DNA of 64,000 nt from Phoronis australis (GCA_002633005.1 NMRA01000433.1:124001-188000); one strand, 5' to 3'. Positions 1 to 13,297 are shown, numbered from the stretch's first letter. The notes: a model not told the origin generated them from the letters alone. Numbers and translations: made by a program.

Positions 1-527
1 TGCTCAATGTTTTTCTGCAAATTGATGTCTTCTGTTGACCCCAGAACAAAATATGTACCAACGGTTCTATTACCTACAGACTGCACTCGGGACCATGTTT
101 GTCTCACTAATCCCCGCCAATGACTGTTTTCAGGTCGAGAATGGATAAAAACGGCTAAATATCTGTACCTCTGTTGCCCTGAACACCTTAAATTTTCTCC
201 AACAATAACCGGAAAATTGTCCAGATTTTTGTGAATCCAGGGAGGTATTCGCACAAGCTGTGATACGTCGACATAATCGATTTCATTTACCGGATTTCTT
301 GGTCTTTCAGGAAGTATGTCCAATTCCCGTTCATACCTACCATCCCTGCTGACGAAGCGATGGTCATTAAGCTTATTTCTCGGCCTCGTCAACATTGGTA
401 TTACTGAGTTCGCCTCCTCTCCCCACTGCAGGACACTTGTTACGAGATGTTCAGCAATAGAAACGATCACAACGACCAGGACGAGTACGAGCACTTGTCG
501 AACGTGTGGCTTTCGGTGAAACTTCAT
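1..527 (-). CDS. Beta-1,3-galactosyltransferase-like (GT31) type II Golgi membrane protein, 5' part; runs off the window edge
   Basis: Open frame from ATG at 527 to base 1 with no stop, so it is missing from the ORF track; in-frame TGA upstream at 666-668. Translation MKFHRKPHVRQVLVLVLVVVIVSIAE (basic tail + TM anchor), a stem, then ..C....RYLAVFIHSRPENSHWRGLVRQTWSRVQ..GTYFVLGSTEDINLQKNIE, matching the GT31 motif series (hhhhS.P.N...R..IR.TW / hFhLG / LQ..I..E). Confidence 0.88.
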   Translation of the reverse strand, partial: MKFHRKPHVRQVLVLVLVVVIVSIAEHLVTSVLQWGEEANSVIPMLTRPRNKLNDHRFVSRDGRYERELDILPERPRNPVNEIDYVDVSQLVRIPPWIHKNLDNFPVIVGENLRCSGQQRYRYLAVFIHSRPENSHWRGLVRQTWSRVQSVGNRTVGTYFVLGSTEDINLQKNIE

Positions 528-3500
528 GCTCGACTCGGGAACAGACCCCCTTCTCCCAGTCAACAAAATATCACCATGGGTCCATTTACGCTGGGAACCA
601 CTAGTAGTTCCAAGATCTACGCAAGTCGCGGTCCCGCTTAGTGCAGTAACGCACACTACTACTTTTCATTGTTCAGCTGACAGTCTTGCTGCTTTACGCC
701 AACTCGCTCAATCGCATACATCCAATTTAACTAATAGGCAGTCAGTAGTCATAAATCATTAAGCGTCACAAAGTAGTAAACATACACTCGAGGTGCAGCG
801 TGACACGCTTTCTACCGTTTGTGGTTTGCCCTATTTTGATGATGCTGTATAGTATAAAAACATATACCTAGAATATCACGTCATACCAGTGCATTCAGGT
901 AGGCCAAGGTTTAATGCAGCGTCCACGTTAAACTCCCCCATGATGTACTTTGTCGATTAACAGGCGAGTTCTCAACTCTTGCCATCCGTGGGGAGCGAAA
1001 GGGTGCGTTTTTAGGCTTCCAAATTGGGAACTTATCTGGACCAAACAGGTGTAGTGGTTGCATAGTAAAGCATAATTAGGCTACAAAACTGACGATGCGA
1101 AGAAAGCCGAGCGAACATCTCAAGCAATTTGGCTTTTGATTCCGCATGGTGAATTCTCTGGAATGACGCACGATATAATTTTACACTGGTCTAAATTGAC
1201 CACCCCTCTTTTAGAACCTCATTCAGGAGGAATATCCCTTCTTTTGTGTTTGATCAGGTTCTTATCAATTGCCATTGCTATATTTACAAAAGAGTGGAAA
1301 GCTGATTGACCTAATACAATCGATCGGTCAGGACCTACATGTACACGGTATTCATAAAGCAATTCTGTTTGCTGACGCATAATGACGCATAATAAGAACT
1401 CGTGGGTATGGTTATTCCGATTTAGGGCACTGCAGCTTACCAGGAAAGAGGAATTTTTGAAAGATGTAGCTAAGTTTTCCGTCTTCGTCAGTGTATGTTT
1501 TCTTATGGTTAGCTTTACCGATAACACATATGGTTGGAGTCTAACAGATTATTTTTAGTTTCCGAAAGGAGAAAAAAAACACAGTTTCATTGAATTTTAT
1601 CTCAATGTGCGAGTGAAACCGGTTTCTAAAGAGCTTTAGTCATTACCAAACGGAAAGGAGTAGAATTCAACGCAGTGTAATACGCCGCAAGGGTTTGCGT
1701 TACTACAATACAACGCAATGATTTACGTTACAGGATAAACGAGGTGAAACTATTCACAATCTTGACTCAACAGAGAACCCTATACAATCAGCTACTTCCC
1801 GATATTAAAAAATATGGCGCACTTTCAACATAGACGTAGCACATCACATCTGACGCAAACAAGTCAAGATATTTTTGAAATTCATCCTGGTACGGGAATT
1901 GGAGATAGTTAGGCCTATAAAAGATCGCGCACAATACCAGTGACTGCTGGCAACTCATAAGAGACACAACTTTAACATCTTTCGCCGCAGAGATAATAAC
2001 TCTTGGGCTGTCTCCGGTGAGTCCATTCATTCTTGAATGATGTTTAGGTAAATTCAGCGCAAGGATTTACGTTACAATATATTACAATGCATTGTTGCAG
2101 AAAAATAGGAATGGACATTTTGAATATCAGAAGTTTCGAGTAAACCTCTGAAATTCATGTATGCCCTCTGTTGACGTTTAACTATTTGATAAAGAGAACT
2201 TAAATTTCTATTTTCGGTCAAGTTAGCATATACCGAGGCAAATGAAGAGGAGCAAAATAGCGGGTATGCATGCATGCGGTTAGCCTTGGTACAAAGCTGG
2301 ATATAAATATACAGCTTTGCACCGATGCGGATAAAAAAGTGGTAAGATAAAATCTGACACAAAATTAGCGTCATTAAAAACTACAGTCTTCCTTGAGTAA
2401 TTTAAATTATTTAACGGTGTTGGCAAAAATGGCGTTCTACCGTTATTCTGCTGCTCAAGTTGTGGAACGATCTTTAGCGATCGCTTTCGGCGCCATGAAA
2501 TTTTGCGTCACCTATTGGACAGTTTCTTTTTTTCCCCGATTCTTTAATCAACTGTTCTTCTCTCACGAGCATGCGTACACGTCACAACAAATTATCAGAA
2601 GTGGTTTCACTTCATTATAAGTTTTTAGAATTTTGATACCGAAAAATCGAATTTCAGAAGAAATTTTGCTGCTGCCAAGCTATCATCATCACCCGAGAGA
2701 TGTCGCAAAAATTTTGGAAATGGTGCGTGCGCGTAACACGAGCGTACTGTTTTCAAAACGACGAAATACTTTTCATTGTTAGAAAAAGCGGAGAGTTACA
2801 CAAGAAAATGACGTTTATTGCATTGTTTTTCACTTAAACGGCTGTAACGGGCAAGGTGAGTGTCGGTTGGCTCCCAGATTTTGCATGCACACCGTCCGGT
2901 CTTTAGCTTTGCATGTTGATACAAGTTTCACGGCGCGGTGACGAGCAAAACTTCCCTGGCTGTGTGCAATTTCGGGGTCTACGGAAGAAATTCACGCAGT
3001 GGGACCTAGCTGTATTTTGACGACAGTCTTCATAAAGCTAGCTGGCTGGCTAGCATACGGTATGTTCATACAAATACACATCACAATAAAAATGATCGAA
3101 CATGTGAAATAAAACGAAAATTGAGTATCGGGAAATGGTGAAGAGAATACAAATATTAAAAATTAAGCTGACAAAGTGTTACAACGGAATGTTTTAGAAT
3201 GTGTTTTCGCCAGGCATAATGACAGTACCGGCACAACTCGGCGTTGCTTTATTGAACGGTGCTAATACAGGGAAGTCCGAAAATGAACCAGCGAAGTTAT
3301 TAGGTACGTTAATTCTAAGTCTTTCGGTAACTAAAATAAAAATTCCAATACAACCTGCATTGAATGTTTTGATGTGGAATCTCATTTATAGAACGAAGGT
3401 TATCAAATTTGCAGGACTATTTGAATTGTATAACTTTGTTATTTTGGCTGTGTTACTTTTGTGTTTAGCTTATCTCGAAAGATGTACTCTGTATTTTGTC

Positions 3501-4578
3501 TAACATCTTAGAGCGGATAAAACATTTGAAAAGGTTTTGTGTAATTTACGTCAATGGAATTTCAGTTATTCTCTAAAGTACAACAAAAGTATATTTAATA
3601 GCAACTCATTTGTAGCCTGTTACTTTGCACTTCATATCAGTGTAGTTAATTAATGTATAATTACGGCAAACCCAGTTAGGTCACGCCTGTCATAGTTACA
3701 TATACCCTAGTCTGGAAGCCACTATGGCGTAAGTCTTTCGCAAGGCTAGTATTCAATACTACAGCAACGGATTATCTGCGACGTCTTTAATTACTTTTCA
3801 CTGGGACTGTTCCCAAAATGGATGCTGGGAACCAAACGAACCCATGCTCGCAAAAACTCTTGAGCCCATTCTCAGATTACGTCAGGCCACTGGCAAGACA
3901 ACCTTCTTCCATGTTGATGTATGGTGGATTCAAACGGCACAGTAGGTGCAGCAGATGTAGGTGCGACATGATTACGTGCTCCGGTAAGCAACTCCATGCT
4001 ATGTTTGCTGAGCAAACAATATTCATGAAATTTTTAAATTTGAAGGTTTTAGTGACCCCTGGTGGTCTTAGGTTCAAGTATATTGGGTTTATAACGAGGC
4101 CGCATTTCAGTAACTCAAGCTGTCTTCCACATACGTTTCTTTTTTAACGCTTAATCCATATTGATACTAGTAAAGCACCAACAGACACGCGTTCGGTTGA
4201 AGAAACTAATTTCTAATTAGACCAAATATACCATTTGAATATTTATTACAGCTTGTTCCTCAGGCTTAGTGACGAGAAGTGGTTTATCTGGTTTTGCGAA
4301 GAAGTGACAACTCGTTAATTACTCCTCGAGACCATGGTCGGCTAATTTAATGACGTTTGCCAACTTGAAGAGCCTGGTGTGAAACAATAACGAACAGTTA
4401 GGCCTACCTACAATGTAAGCCCAGTGTCTACAACCTTTTGATGAAAGGGACATTTGATAGTAGTAGTCTTCTTCTAAAGGTGCTTTTGTTATGGAAGGAG
4501 AGTCTGTAGCCTCCTCAAATGAAAGTCAGCAAAACAAACTAAATTTGTGAAACGTTAGTAAAGGCAGAGTTGTTCTAT

Positions 4579-5384
4579 GGCCGCGCCCACAATTAGAGTC
4601 AAGCTTGTATGTGTCGATTGAAGGGCATAGGGTGGGGCGCTAGTAGCGACTGCCCACTGTTAATCTGCAAAATGTTTATAAGTCCCCTATTCGAATATGA
4701 TGCCATCGATATTACAACCCGTGTCCCTTCAAGAATCGAAAAAATTACGAGAATTCAGAACTGGGCGCTGAGAATTGCTATCAGCCAGCCCACTCCCGAA
4801 CAGTACACGAGATCGCCGGAATGCAGACTGTCTCTGACAGACTACAATCATTCTGCGAAGCTACAGTGTACATTAAACCGAATTTCAGTGACAAGCCTGT
4901 ACCAGGAGCACATAAGGGTTCTGGAGCTGCTCAACTGGTAACGAACTGTCCCGACGGCCAGTGTAAAGACAACCCAGGGTCAGCATGACCGCTGTTGCCA
5001 TCAAGCCAGTTTCGTGTAAGTCAAATGCTATGCAAGTAGCCAACGCCGCTGTCGCCATCCAGCCAGCGTCTCTTCCACCAAAGAATCAGAAATACCGTAT
5101 GCCGGTTTGCGTTTGATTATGGTTACGTATTTCGCTGCACTTTGCATGGGCGGTGCAGCACTGAAAAAGTGGGGGCTTCTAAAACCCCCCAGGCCTTCTG
5201 TGGTGCACCGCCTATATGGGCGGCGCACCACTGAGAAAAGTGAGGGCTTTAGCCCCCCAGCAACCTATGGTGCGCCGCCCATGCGTTGGAGTTTGTTTAC
5301 CTACTGGCGGAAGGTGAAATCGTCCGATCTTGCGAAGCTGTCCGGGGGTTTAGCCCTCATCACTCATCATTGGGCCGCGCCCAC
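4579..5384 (+). mobile_element. 5'-truncated, decayed non-LTR retrotransposon (I/Nimb/Ingi-like RT C-terminus) with candidate 12-bp TSD
   Basis: 4609-4800 translates RLKGIGWGASSDCPLLICKMFISPLFEY..IEKITRIQNWALRIAISQPTP, resembling the WGA..L..Y...IRP.LEY..L..IQN.ALR.I thumb region of I-group LINE RTs. GGCCGCGCCCAC occurs at 4579-4590 and 5373-5384, and a CATCACTCATCAT tail precedes the second copy. Confidence 0.65.
5145..5283. mobile_element. Small MITE (CATGGGCGG...CCGCCCATG), dimeric; related copies near 14568-14675, 42198-42250 and 44487-44590
   Basis: Terminal inverted repeat CATGGGCGG(T/C)GCA; the internal motif GCAGCACTGAAAAA..GGGGGC is shared by all copies. Confidence 0.6.
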
Positions 5385-8039
5385 GTCCTTGGCGCAAAAC
5401 AATTTTGACACACTAAGTTTCCTCAACTCGGGTCAACAAGAGCATTGAAATTTTGGCAGTAATTGCCCTTTAAATTGTCTCAGTGCCGCGTACCAATCCG
5501 ATCATACCAAATGGCCGAAACAACAAACTCGGTGTAAGTAAGCGATGTGTAAGGGTGTCTTAACATGCTGCGAAAAAAGGCTCAGACTGTGGATAGGCGT
5601 GATGAAGGTTTGCGTCTAGATCAGTCGCTAGCCCTAAAGAGATTAAATAGCAGACGAGAATACGCCTGTAAAAGATGCCGCCGAAAAAATAATTTTGATT
5701 AGAACAAATACATTAAGATTTGACGTATGTATAGGGACTTTAATAAATGCCTGGAACACAAATGCATGTATGCGGGTAAATATATTACATCGGCCTTTAT
5801 TAACACAAATGCATGTATTCGGGTAAATATATTACATCGTCCTTTATTAAAACTCGAAAGCATCGTTCGTTGTCCTGGTTATTGCGACGTATGGGGGCAG
5901 GTGTTCGATTCCTGTCAAAATAAACATGTACCTGAATTCTACACCTGTACGAACATAATCTACAAACTCGGTTCCGTAATCATAGATTTAACATAATACA
6001 TAAAAACATTTCTGATACTATAGGTAATCATTTCAATTCCAAAAACCATAATATTCAAGATCTTTCTGTACAAATAATAGAAAAACTCCAACAACCCAGT
6101 ACCCCTCACATACTTAAAAGAGAACAATATTGGATAGACAAACTGAATACAATAGAACCTCATGGATTGAACATAAAAACTTCTTAAAATATGTCATTGA
6201 ATTTTTTACGCAAAAATGTATCATTTTCATTACACCATATCTTATATGTCAATTGTCATTTTGTGTTTGATTTTACTTTATTTCTGTTTTTGTTGATAAA
6301 GGAAGTTGTTACNCTCATTTATAGAACGAAGGTTATCAAATTTGCAGGACTATTTGAATTGTATAACTTTGTTATTTTGGCTGTGTTACTTTTGTGTTTA
6401 GCTTATCTCGAAAGGTGCACTCTGTATTTTGTCTAACATCTTAGAGCGGACAAAACATTTGAAAAGGTTTTGTGTAATTTACGTCAATGGAATTTCAGTT
6501 ATCCTCTAAAGTACAACAAAAGTATATTCAATAGCAACTCATTTGTAACATGTTACTTTGCACTTCATATCAGTGTAGTTAATTAATGTATAATTACGAC
6601 AAACCCAGTTAGGTCACGCCTGTCATAGTTACATATACCCTAGTCTGGAAGCCACTATGGCGTAAGTCTTTCGCAAGGCTAGTATTCAATACTACAGCAA
6701 CGGATTATCTGCGACGTCTTTTAATTACATTTCACTGGAACACAAATGCATGTATGCGGGTAAATATATTACATCGGCCTTTATTAACACAAATACATGT
6801 ATTCGGGTAAATATATTACATCGTCCTTTATTAAAACTAGAAAGCATCGTTCGTTGTCCTGGTTATTGCGACGTATGGCGGCAGGTGTTCGATTCCTGTC
6901 AAAATAAACATGTACCTGAATTCTACACCTGTACGAGAAATTCTCTTGGGGTCTAATTGCGAATGAAGTATATATTTGAAAGGAAGTCAAGTAAACGACT
7001 TTTAACCATGTGGCGGGTGTTAATTAACATAAACGACACGCACTCGGAGCACTCGAATATGAATTCACTAGCACGTACACCTGTATGTACATGTACATGT
7101 ATAAAACATCACCGTGACTTACTTACTCGTTAAGTATACTTTTGCGCAGACAATCATTGAGAGTCGAGTGAGGTCAAGTGTTAACTAGTTATGAAAAAGT
7201 GCCTGTTTCCTTGTCGTCTCGTACATTTTGGCACCCATAGCATGAGACTCACGACCATGGCCAGTCATAACAAATCAGATGAACTTTCAAGTCCCATTCC
7301 ACATGAAGTTGCTTCAGTGGATTACGGAATTTGAAATTCGTTACCAGTTTTGTAGAGTGGTCATTCTTTAGGTTTAATGCAACGATGCAAACTCAATATG
7401 AATCATAATTAGACATTCAAGTGCATACTAAATACTGTCTGATATCCATGTGTCTCTTTGATACATCTCAGAAGTGGACTTAGGGTATGGGGCAAAGGGG
7501 CCAAGACCTCCCCAAAAAGTCTCTCAGATCCCATTTGGCAGTTCGGTGGTGCGAATGTCTGAAGGGCAAAATCCTGGCTAATACTCTGCCCTGGCCCCTC
7601 TAACTCAAAATTCTGGATCCGCCCCTGCACCTGGTGCCTGGTGGGTCTTTTACCACCGCCAAAGCTTTCAGTCGTGGCTGACTAGTACAAGATACTACAC
7701 CAACAGATTTCCAATATTCTGAGCATGCTTTATACATCGAAAATGGTATAACACTGGTCTGTACTTTACTTTCTGTATCCCCAGCATATGGTGGTTTACA
7801 AGTTTACCAAGAGATGGCGTCGAAGAGGAAATTCTTTTTCTCGATTGACAGAATCAACCCAGAATGTCGCAGAGTCTAGGACTGTTTGCGAAGTGTCAGC
7901 TCATAGAATACATTATGTAGTTTCAAAAAGCTCTGTGATATTAAACCTGTTTGTTTAAGAAATTTTAACAAAACAAACATCGCCAAAGTGCCAACTTTTG
8001 TGGTAACTGCAAGTCTGGAGTGGTGACAATGCACTTTAA

Positions 8040-9655
8040 AGGAGAACTCCACCCAAAATACAACCTATTTTATATCAATTTAGATCGAGTAGTTCTACTC
8101 GATAACTATACGTTCGGTTGCGTTACCTGACACCTGATATCAGACGGAGGTTTTGAAATTATCCACTGACGTCATTGGTTTCACGCGCAGTCTGTTCAGC
8201 AGTTCACAACACGGGTTACTGGTGTCAGCTTACCGCTTGCATTCATCGTTTAACACCAATAAATCACCAAACTTCGATATAAAACCCTTAAAAATACACC
8301 GAGTTCGTATAAAACGTATTGTATTATTTCGCTGGTACGGATTCATTGGTATTTGGACACACCGTAGCCTACAAAGTTCGGCCAATTTACCAAGGTCCGT
8401 GGCATTAGTTTAGGGTCTGTTCGGCGATAAATTCGAAGTATTCTTCCGTGAAATACAGACAGGAAAACCTAGATCTGAGTTGTTTAGACTTGTGATTTTT
8501 TTGAGTTCTAAACACACAAAACGCTTGTTATACCGGTCAGTGGCTCGGAACCCGATCAGGCCCGTCGTGGCAGCCGGGACTGGCACGAACATAAACCAGC
8601 TGGAGTTGGAAACTAAACCTCCAGTCACGAAAAGCCTACGATAGTGAGCCGAAGAAATAATGTGCACGTAATTATTTATGTGAATTATCCAAAAAACCGA
8701 AAATCTACTTACTTGTCGGGGGCCGCGAAGTCGGGTTCCCCTTCCACAGTCCGTCAAGGAAAAGGTTGTACAGTAACAATGATTTGAATAATGTATTTGT
8801 ATTTCTAAATAAAGATTCCCCTAACATGTGACCATAGCATATAAAATCGAGTAATTGTTTCACAACAGCTTTCTTTCAGCACACTGAATTAGCATGCGCT
8901 CACACAGCCTCGGCGCTCGGTCAATCGCCTTTATTGCCGGCATCAAAAGCAGGTAAGGCAGAGGCCATTGCTGACTTCTCAACATTTGCACTCACGAATA
9001 CTGCAAATGCATTACAAATTGTATCTAATGAGCCAGACTTTGTTTCAGTTTTATATAAGCATTTGTTAGGATGAGAATAATTCATTTTGAAACAGGACGC
9101 AGAATCATAAACGTCTATATAGCAAATCGCCCGGCGCCAATCCCGACTTAGTTAAGTGCTCATCCGACGAAGACTTCACGGATCGGATCGTTAGGTTTCA
9201 CAGGCTATCAGTTCGAACCGGAATACACTGATCAAGAAATACTAGAGAGGCGCCGTGAACATTCGCAGGCAACGGAACGTATGGATAGTTTTTTGGTAAG
9301 CTGGAATTCGTCAGCGAAGTCACTGTCGAAGAAATGCCGGCCACAGACACGGAGAGGTTTCACGGCCTCATACTTGCTTTCATTCTTCAGTACCGCGAGC
9401 CACTTCCCAAGTCGAAAAAACAATATAACCACTTTCTAAACAGCTTCATAGTTCGGACAAGCGGGAACGATGCACCGCCATATAGCGGCATTCACTCTGC
9501 AGACGAACCACTGACGTCGCTGCGTTGTTTCTCAACTTCCTCACAAGTTAACACGACACCTCTCTGCAAGGTGAGGTCTACCGTACAAGAGGCGATGTGA
9601 ATATAGACCGATTAAGACGGTAAAAAAGACTAATTAAATCGGGTGACATTCTCCT
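8040..9655 (-). mobile_element. Non-autonomous Kolobok-like DNA transposon with THAP remnant (family 1, copy 1)
   Basis: TTAA on both sides (8036-8039, 9656-9659); TIRs AGGAGAACTCCACCC / GGGTGACATTCTCCT; decayed THAP on the minus strand (FF..KWL.VLKNE..YEAVKPLRVCGRHF.DSDF, about 9300-9480). A homologous inverted copy lies at 61960-63645. Confidence 0.85.
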
Positions 9656-10881
9656 TTAAAGGCAGGGCAAATTTGGAACAGCCATCCTCATTATGGAGGG
9701 AAAGCCCATTGGTGATGCCACATGGCAATTTATGCCTTGATGGCTATTTTCTATACTGAAATGTTCTCCTTGTTATTGACAGATGGTGTTCTGGATGTCT
9801 CATCTTTCATTCCCTTGGATTCGTAATCAGAAACTCTCAGAAATGTACCGCAACCAACTGATGTTCAATTCTTGTGAAACTCCTTTTGCATCTCCTATAG
9901 CTGTTCCAAGGGGTTAAAAAACACTGTGAGAACGCTTCACAGAAAACTGACGTATTTATCATTCCGCTATTTCATAGGCATTGACATCAGTTGTGCACCT
10001 AGATACAGGATCTCGTTAACAATAGCAGACAAAGACCTGACGGAAAAGACTATTGTGAAGCTCTATATGACTCAGGCTTTCATTTACAGTTTATTCACTG
10101 GAGAATCTTTCTCCCGTGCATTTAATTGAAAAACAATCGTGGGGCCACTAAAATGCTGGAATAGATCTCAACTAGCTTCATAGTGCACTCAGTCCATTTC
10201 GTGTATGTTCTAACTAATACGAATTCTCAAATAAAGAAAGAGTTGGGGGAGTCCATCTGCTTAATGCGTGGCCAGAGTCTTAAGTGATTACTGTGCCATT
10301 TTGTGTAATATGGTAGGAGAACATTTCACACGGAAGTCTACTATTGACTTTGCTCGACTCTCCCCATATACCTGTCTGCACAAAAGCCATACATTCAACG
10401 CGAAAATGTCCATATTTCCATAAACACTATAAGCATGGTGCGAACGGCTGGCATACTGGCGCACGCAGTCAAAACCATGTTACAAAAAATAAGTGAATGA
10501 GAGATAAAGGACTGTTAGATTCAAAGTTTTTCCTATCCTATTTACCTGGTAACATCACCGGTCATGATTTCAGCGAATGTTTGAGAGACAACGGTCAGAA
10601 TTGGCTATTTATTATAAAAACACGAAGGGTTATGCGTATTGGCTATTTACTAAAAAGATCGGGTCATGTTGTTTTAAAACTTTAGACAAAACGTATAAAT
10701 CCAACAGGTACATTCCATCCAACATTAATTCCAAGAACACACAGATAATTTCCCTATAAAAGAAATGATAATACGTGCAGACGGTCGGGTGCACGTTTTA
10801 CCAGAAGTGTTCAGGCCACTCGGCTGGGTCTTTTGTACTGATCATTATATACTTAAATCTGAGGGGAGAAATTAAAGACCT

Positions 10882-11140
10882 GGATCTCGTTCGAAGAATC
10901 CAACTTATGCCCATTTTTACTTAATCATTAGTCAAAAATTTGTCTCAACAGTCCCAAGCTTTAAAACTTCCACATCCGAAAAGTTAAGTCAAATTCAAGA
11001 CAAAATTTAAGTCAAAACTTAAAAGTAAAATTTAAGATAATTTTCTTAGAATGCACTTAAGGCAAGTTTTAAGTTCTATTTTAAAATTTGTGTAGTACAA
11101 GATTTGTCTTGGCTAAGTCAGTTTGCTTGGAATGGAGCCC
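10882..11140. mobile_element. Possible MITE with ~30-bp imperfect TIRs and a TTAAG-rich interior (PIF/Harbinger-like)
   Basis: Left end GGATCTCGTTCGAAGAATCCAACTTATGCC resembles the reverse complement of the right end, GGGCTCCATTCCAAGCAAACTGACTTAGCC. No clear TSD. Confidence 0.35.
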
Positions 11141-11406
11141 GAAAGTGTTCCCCGAACCCACGACCTTAAGTGAAGTCAACACACATATGGCGCTAACTAC
11201 AATGTAGGTGACACTACTTCCTTCATTTAATGTTCAAAGATGTAATGCATGATATTTAATACGAGAACCCGTGCAACCAAGTTTGCTGCAGTATAGAACG
11301 GACGACCAGGGCATAATGTTTTCCCAAGGTGTCAGAGATTGACTGTGGGTCTGTTTAAAAGGTAGCTATGGTTTGAGATTGTGTGTTGATGGAGAGAGAA
11401 TGATTA

Positions 11407-11762
11407 NNNNNNNNNNNNNNNNNNNNNNNNNNNNNNNNNNNNNNNNNNNNNNNNNNNNNNNNNNNNNNNNNNNNNNNNNNNNNNNNNNNNNNNNNNNNNN
11501 NNNNNNNNNNNNNNNNNNNNNNNNNNNNNNNNNNNNNNNNNNNNNNNNNNNNNNNNNNNNNNNNNNNNNNNNNNNNNNNNNNNNNNNNNNNNNNNNNNNN
11601 NNNNNNNNNNNNNNNNNNNNNNNNNNNNNNNNNNNNNNNNNNNNNNNNNNNNNNNNNNNNNNNNNNNNNNNNNNNNNNNNNNNNNNNNNNNNNNNNNNNN
11701 NNNNNNNNNNNNNNNNNNNNNNNNNNNNNNNNNNNNNNNNNNNNNNNNNNNNNNNNNNNNNN
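11407..11762. other. Assembly gap (N run)
   Basis: Run of N. Confidence 1.
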
Positions 11763-12239
11763 GCAACACGACGGATAATGTTAAGAGAGACAGAACACGT
11801 TGGTTCATTTTGCCTGACGTCATTGATATCGTATTTGTATTAGACCATGAGCAAGGGAAAGGGACATAACTGTCATCTCGAAGAATAACCATGCATAAAG
11901 CCTGTACACCTGCAGGTGAGAAACCACCACCAGGCCTTATAAAGTCTCTGATGGATTCCTGCTGTTCATCAGATCACCACTATGACGTTAAGAAAAGCAG
12001 GATAGCACCTATTTATTTCTTTTCTCATAAACTGTCACGTATGCGGGGATATTGACGTATTCACAAAGCCTATCCGTTCGTTTCAGTTTCGTATTTGTCG
12101 CCATCTCTTCCCCTGTTCATTGCTAGCATACAGTAGAACTCTAGCCCAGGAATGCCAACTCCGATGTCGAGGCCTCTGAGGTTGTAGGCAAAACGTAGCC
12201 CCTCGGTTAGCCGGTTAGGGTCCACAATACTTCTCATCG

Positions 12240-12835
12240 AATTTCGTACCGTGTATTTTAAACGGGCGGTAGGCCACATTCGCTCACCGATTGAGAATTT
12301 TCACTTCGTCAAAAATACATTCTACAATAATTATTAAAACTGTGATTCAAAAAAGCGCTTACATTCTTCATTGTTCCTTTCAACTTCTACGCATATCTTC
12401 GATGAATTAAAGCTACGACAATTAAGGCAACTTTGGCGAAGAATTCTATCTCCACTTTTTGGTCATAGCTAACGTTTTTAGCACACGTGCGATGATCACA
12501 AAGTATTTCAACTGAGTCACGTGAGTTAGGCAAAGGATAGCGCGAGACTGAGCAAATCGCGTGACGCTGGCGTGTGACACTTGAAAATAGCATGGGAAGG
12601 TATCAGGTGAAATTTGTAAGATTTGGGTTTCTTGGACTTTTTATTCGTCAACATGCGGGATTTCACTTAACTTCCTCAAAATGGCACCCGGTAAGAGAAA
12701 CTCGAGCAAACCACGACAGATTTTCATAGGTTTGTTCAAATCATCTTGACTGAATCGTCTCCAGATTTATGGTATTGTGATAAGTATAACTCCATGTGCA
12801 TATATTCATGTTTTATTTGATTTTAGTTCCTGTAT
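12240..12835. mobile_element. Diverged internal fragment of the element at 35808-36982
   Basis: Collinear similarity to about 36044-36650 (e.g. AATTTCGT.CCGTGTATTTTAAACGGGCGGTAGGC and GTGAAATTTGTAAGATTTG). Confidence 0.7.
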
Positions 12836-13098
12836 TTTTAAATATTTTTGTGGAGATGTAGGGACATCTCGGTTCTTATGATTTTAGCTTAACTCGGTTG
12901 CTGTCTGAGTCCATGCGGTGAGTTGAAATTTTTCAACAGGAAACTGCTAATTAGCGCGCAGGCATTTTTCGAAAACTACATTTTAAATGTCAATCGTTTT
13001 CATAAAATTGGCAAATGTACAACTAATGTATGTGTGAGAAGATACAAAATAAGCTATTCCAGGCACTTACCTCGTAATGTACTGTGGTGGAGGTTTAA

Positions 13099-13297
13099 AG
13101 CAGAATGCCACCCGCTTTAATTAGTCTTTTTTCCGTTTTAATCGGTCTATATCCACATCGCCTCGCATACGGTCGACCTTACCTTGCCAAGAGGTGTCAC
13201 GTTAACCTGTGTGGAAGGTGAGAAACGACGCTAGCGACGTCAGTGGTTCACATGCAGAGTGAATGCAACTATGTTGCGGTGCATCGTTCCCGCTAGT
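13099..13297 (+). mobile_element. Truncated end of Kolobok-like family 1
   Basis: TTAA + AGCAGAATGCCACCCG, followed by ~200 bp matching 61960-62160. Confidence 0.8.

Larger units (their letters stand above)
3381..6936. repeat. Duplicated block (3381-3804 + 5755-5952 repeated at 6314-6936), probable stacked haplotype
   Basis: The second copy starts immediately after the single N at 6313 and is near-identical apart from SNPs. The first copy carries an extra 1950 bp (3805-5754) bounded by CTGG. Confidence 0.85.

Noticed and set aside
7191-7245. ATGAAAAAGTGCCTGTTTCC... as a frameshifted lipase A signal exon
   Set aside because: It needs a frameshift to read as hydrophobic, ends in TGA and has no splice donor.
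11813-11870. Plus-strand peptide PDVIDIVFVLDHEQ resembling the start of a vWA domain
   Set aside because: It lacks the DxSxS MIDAS motif, stops after a few codons and has no further vWA exons.
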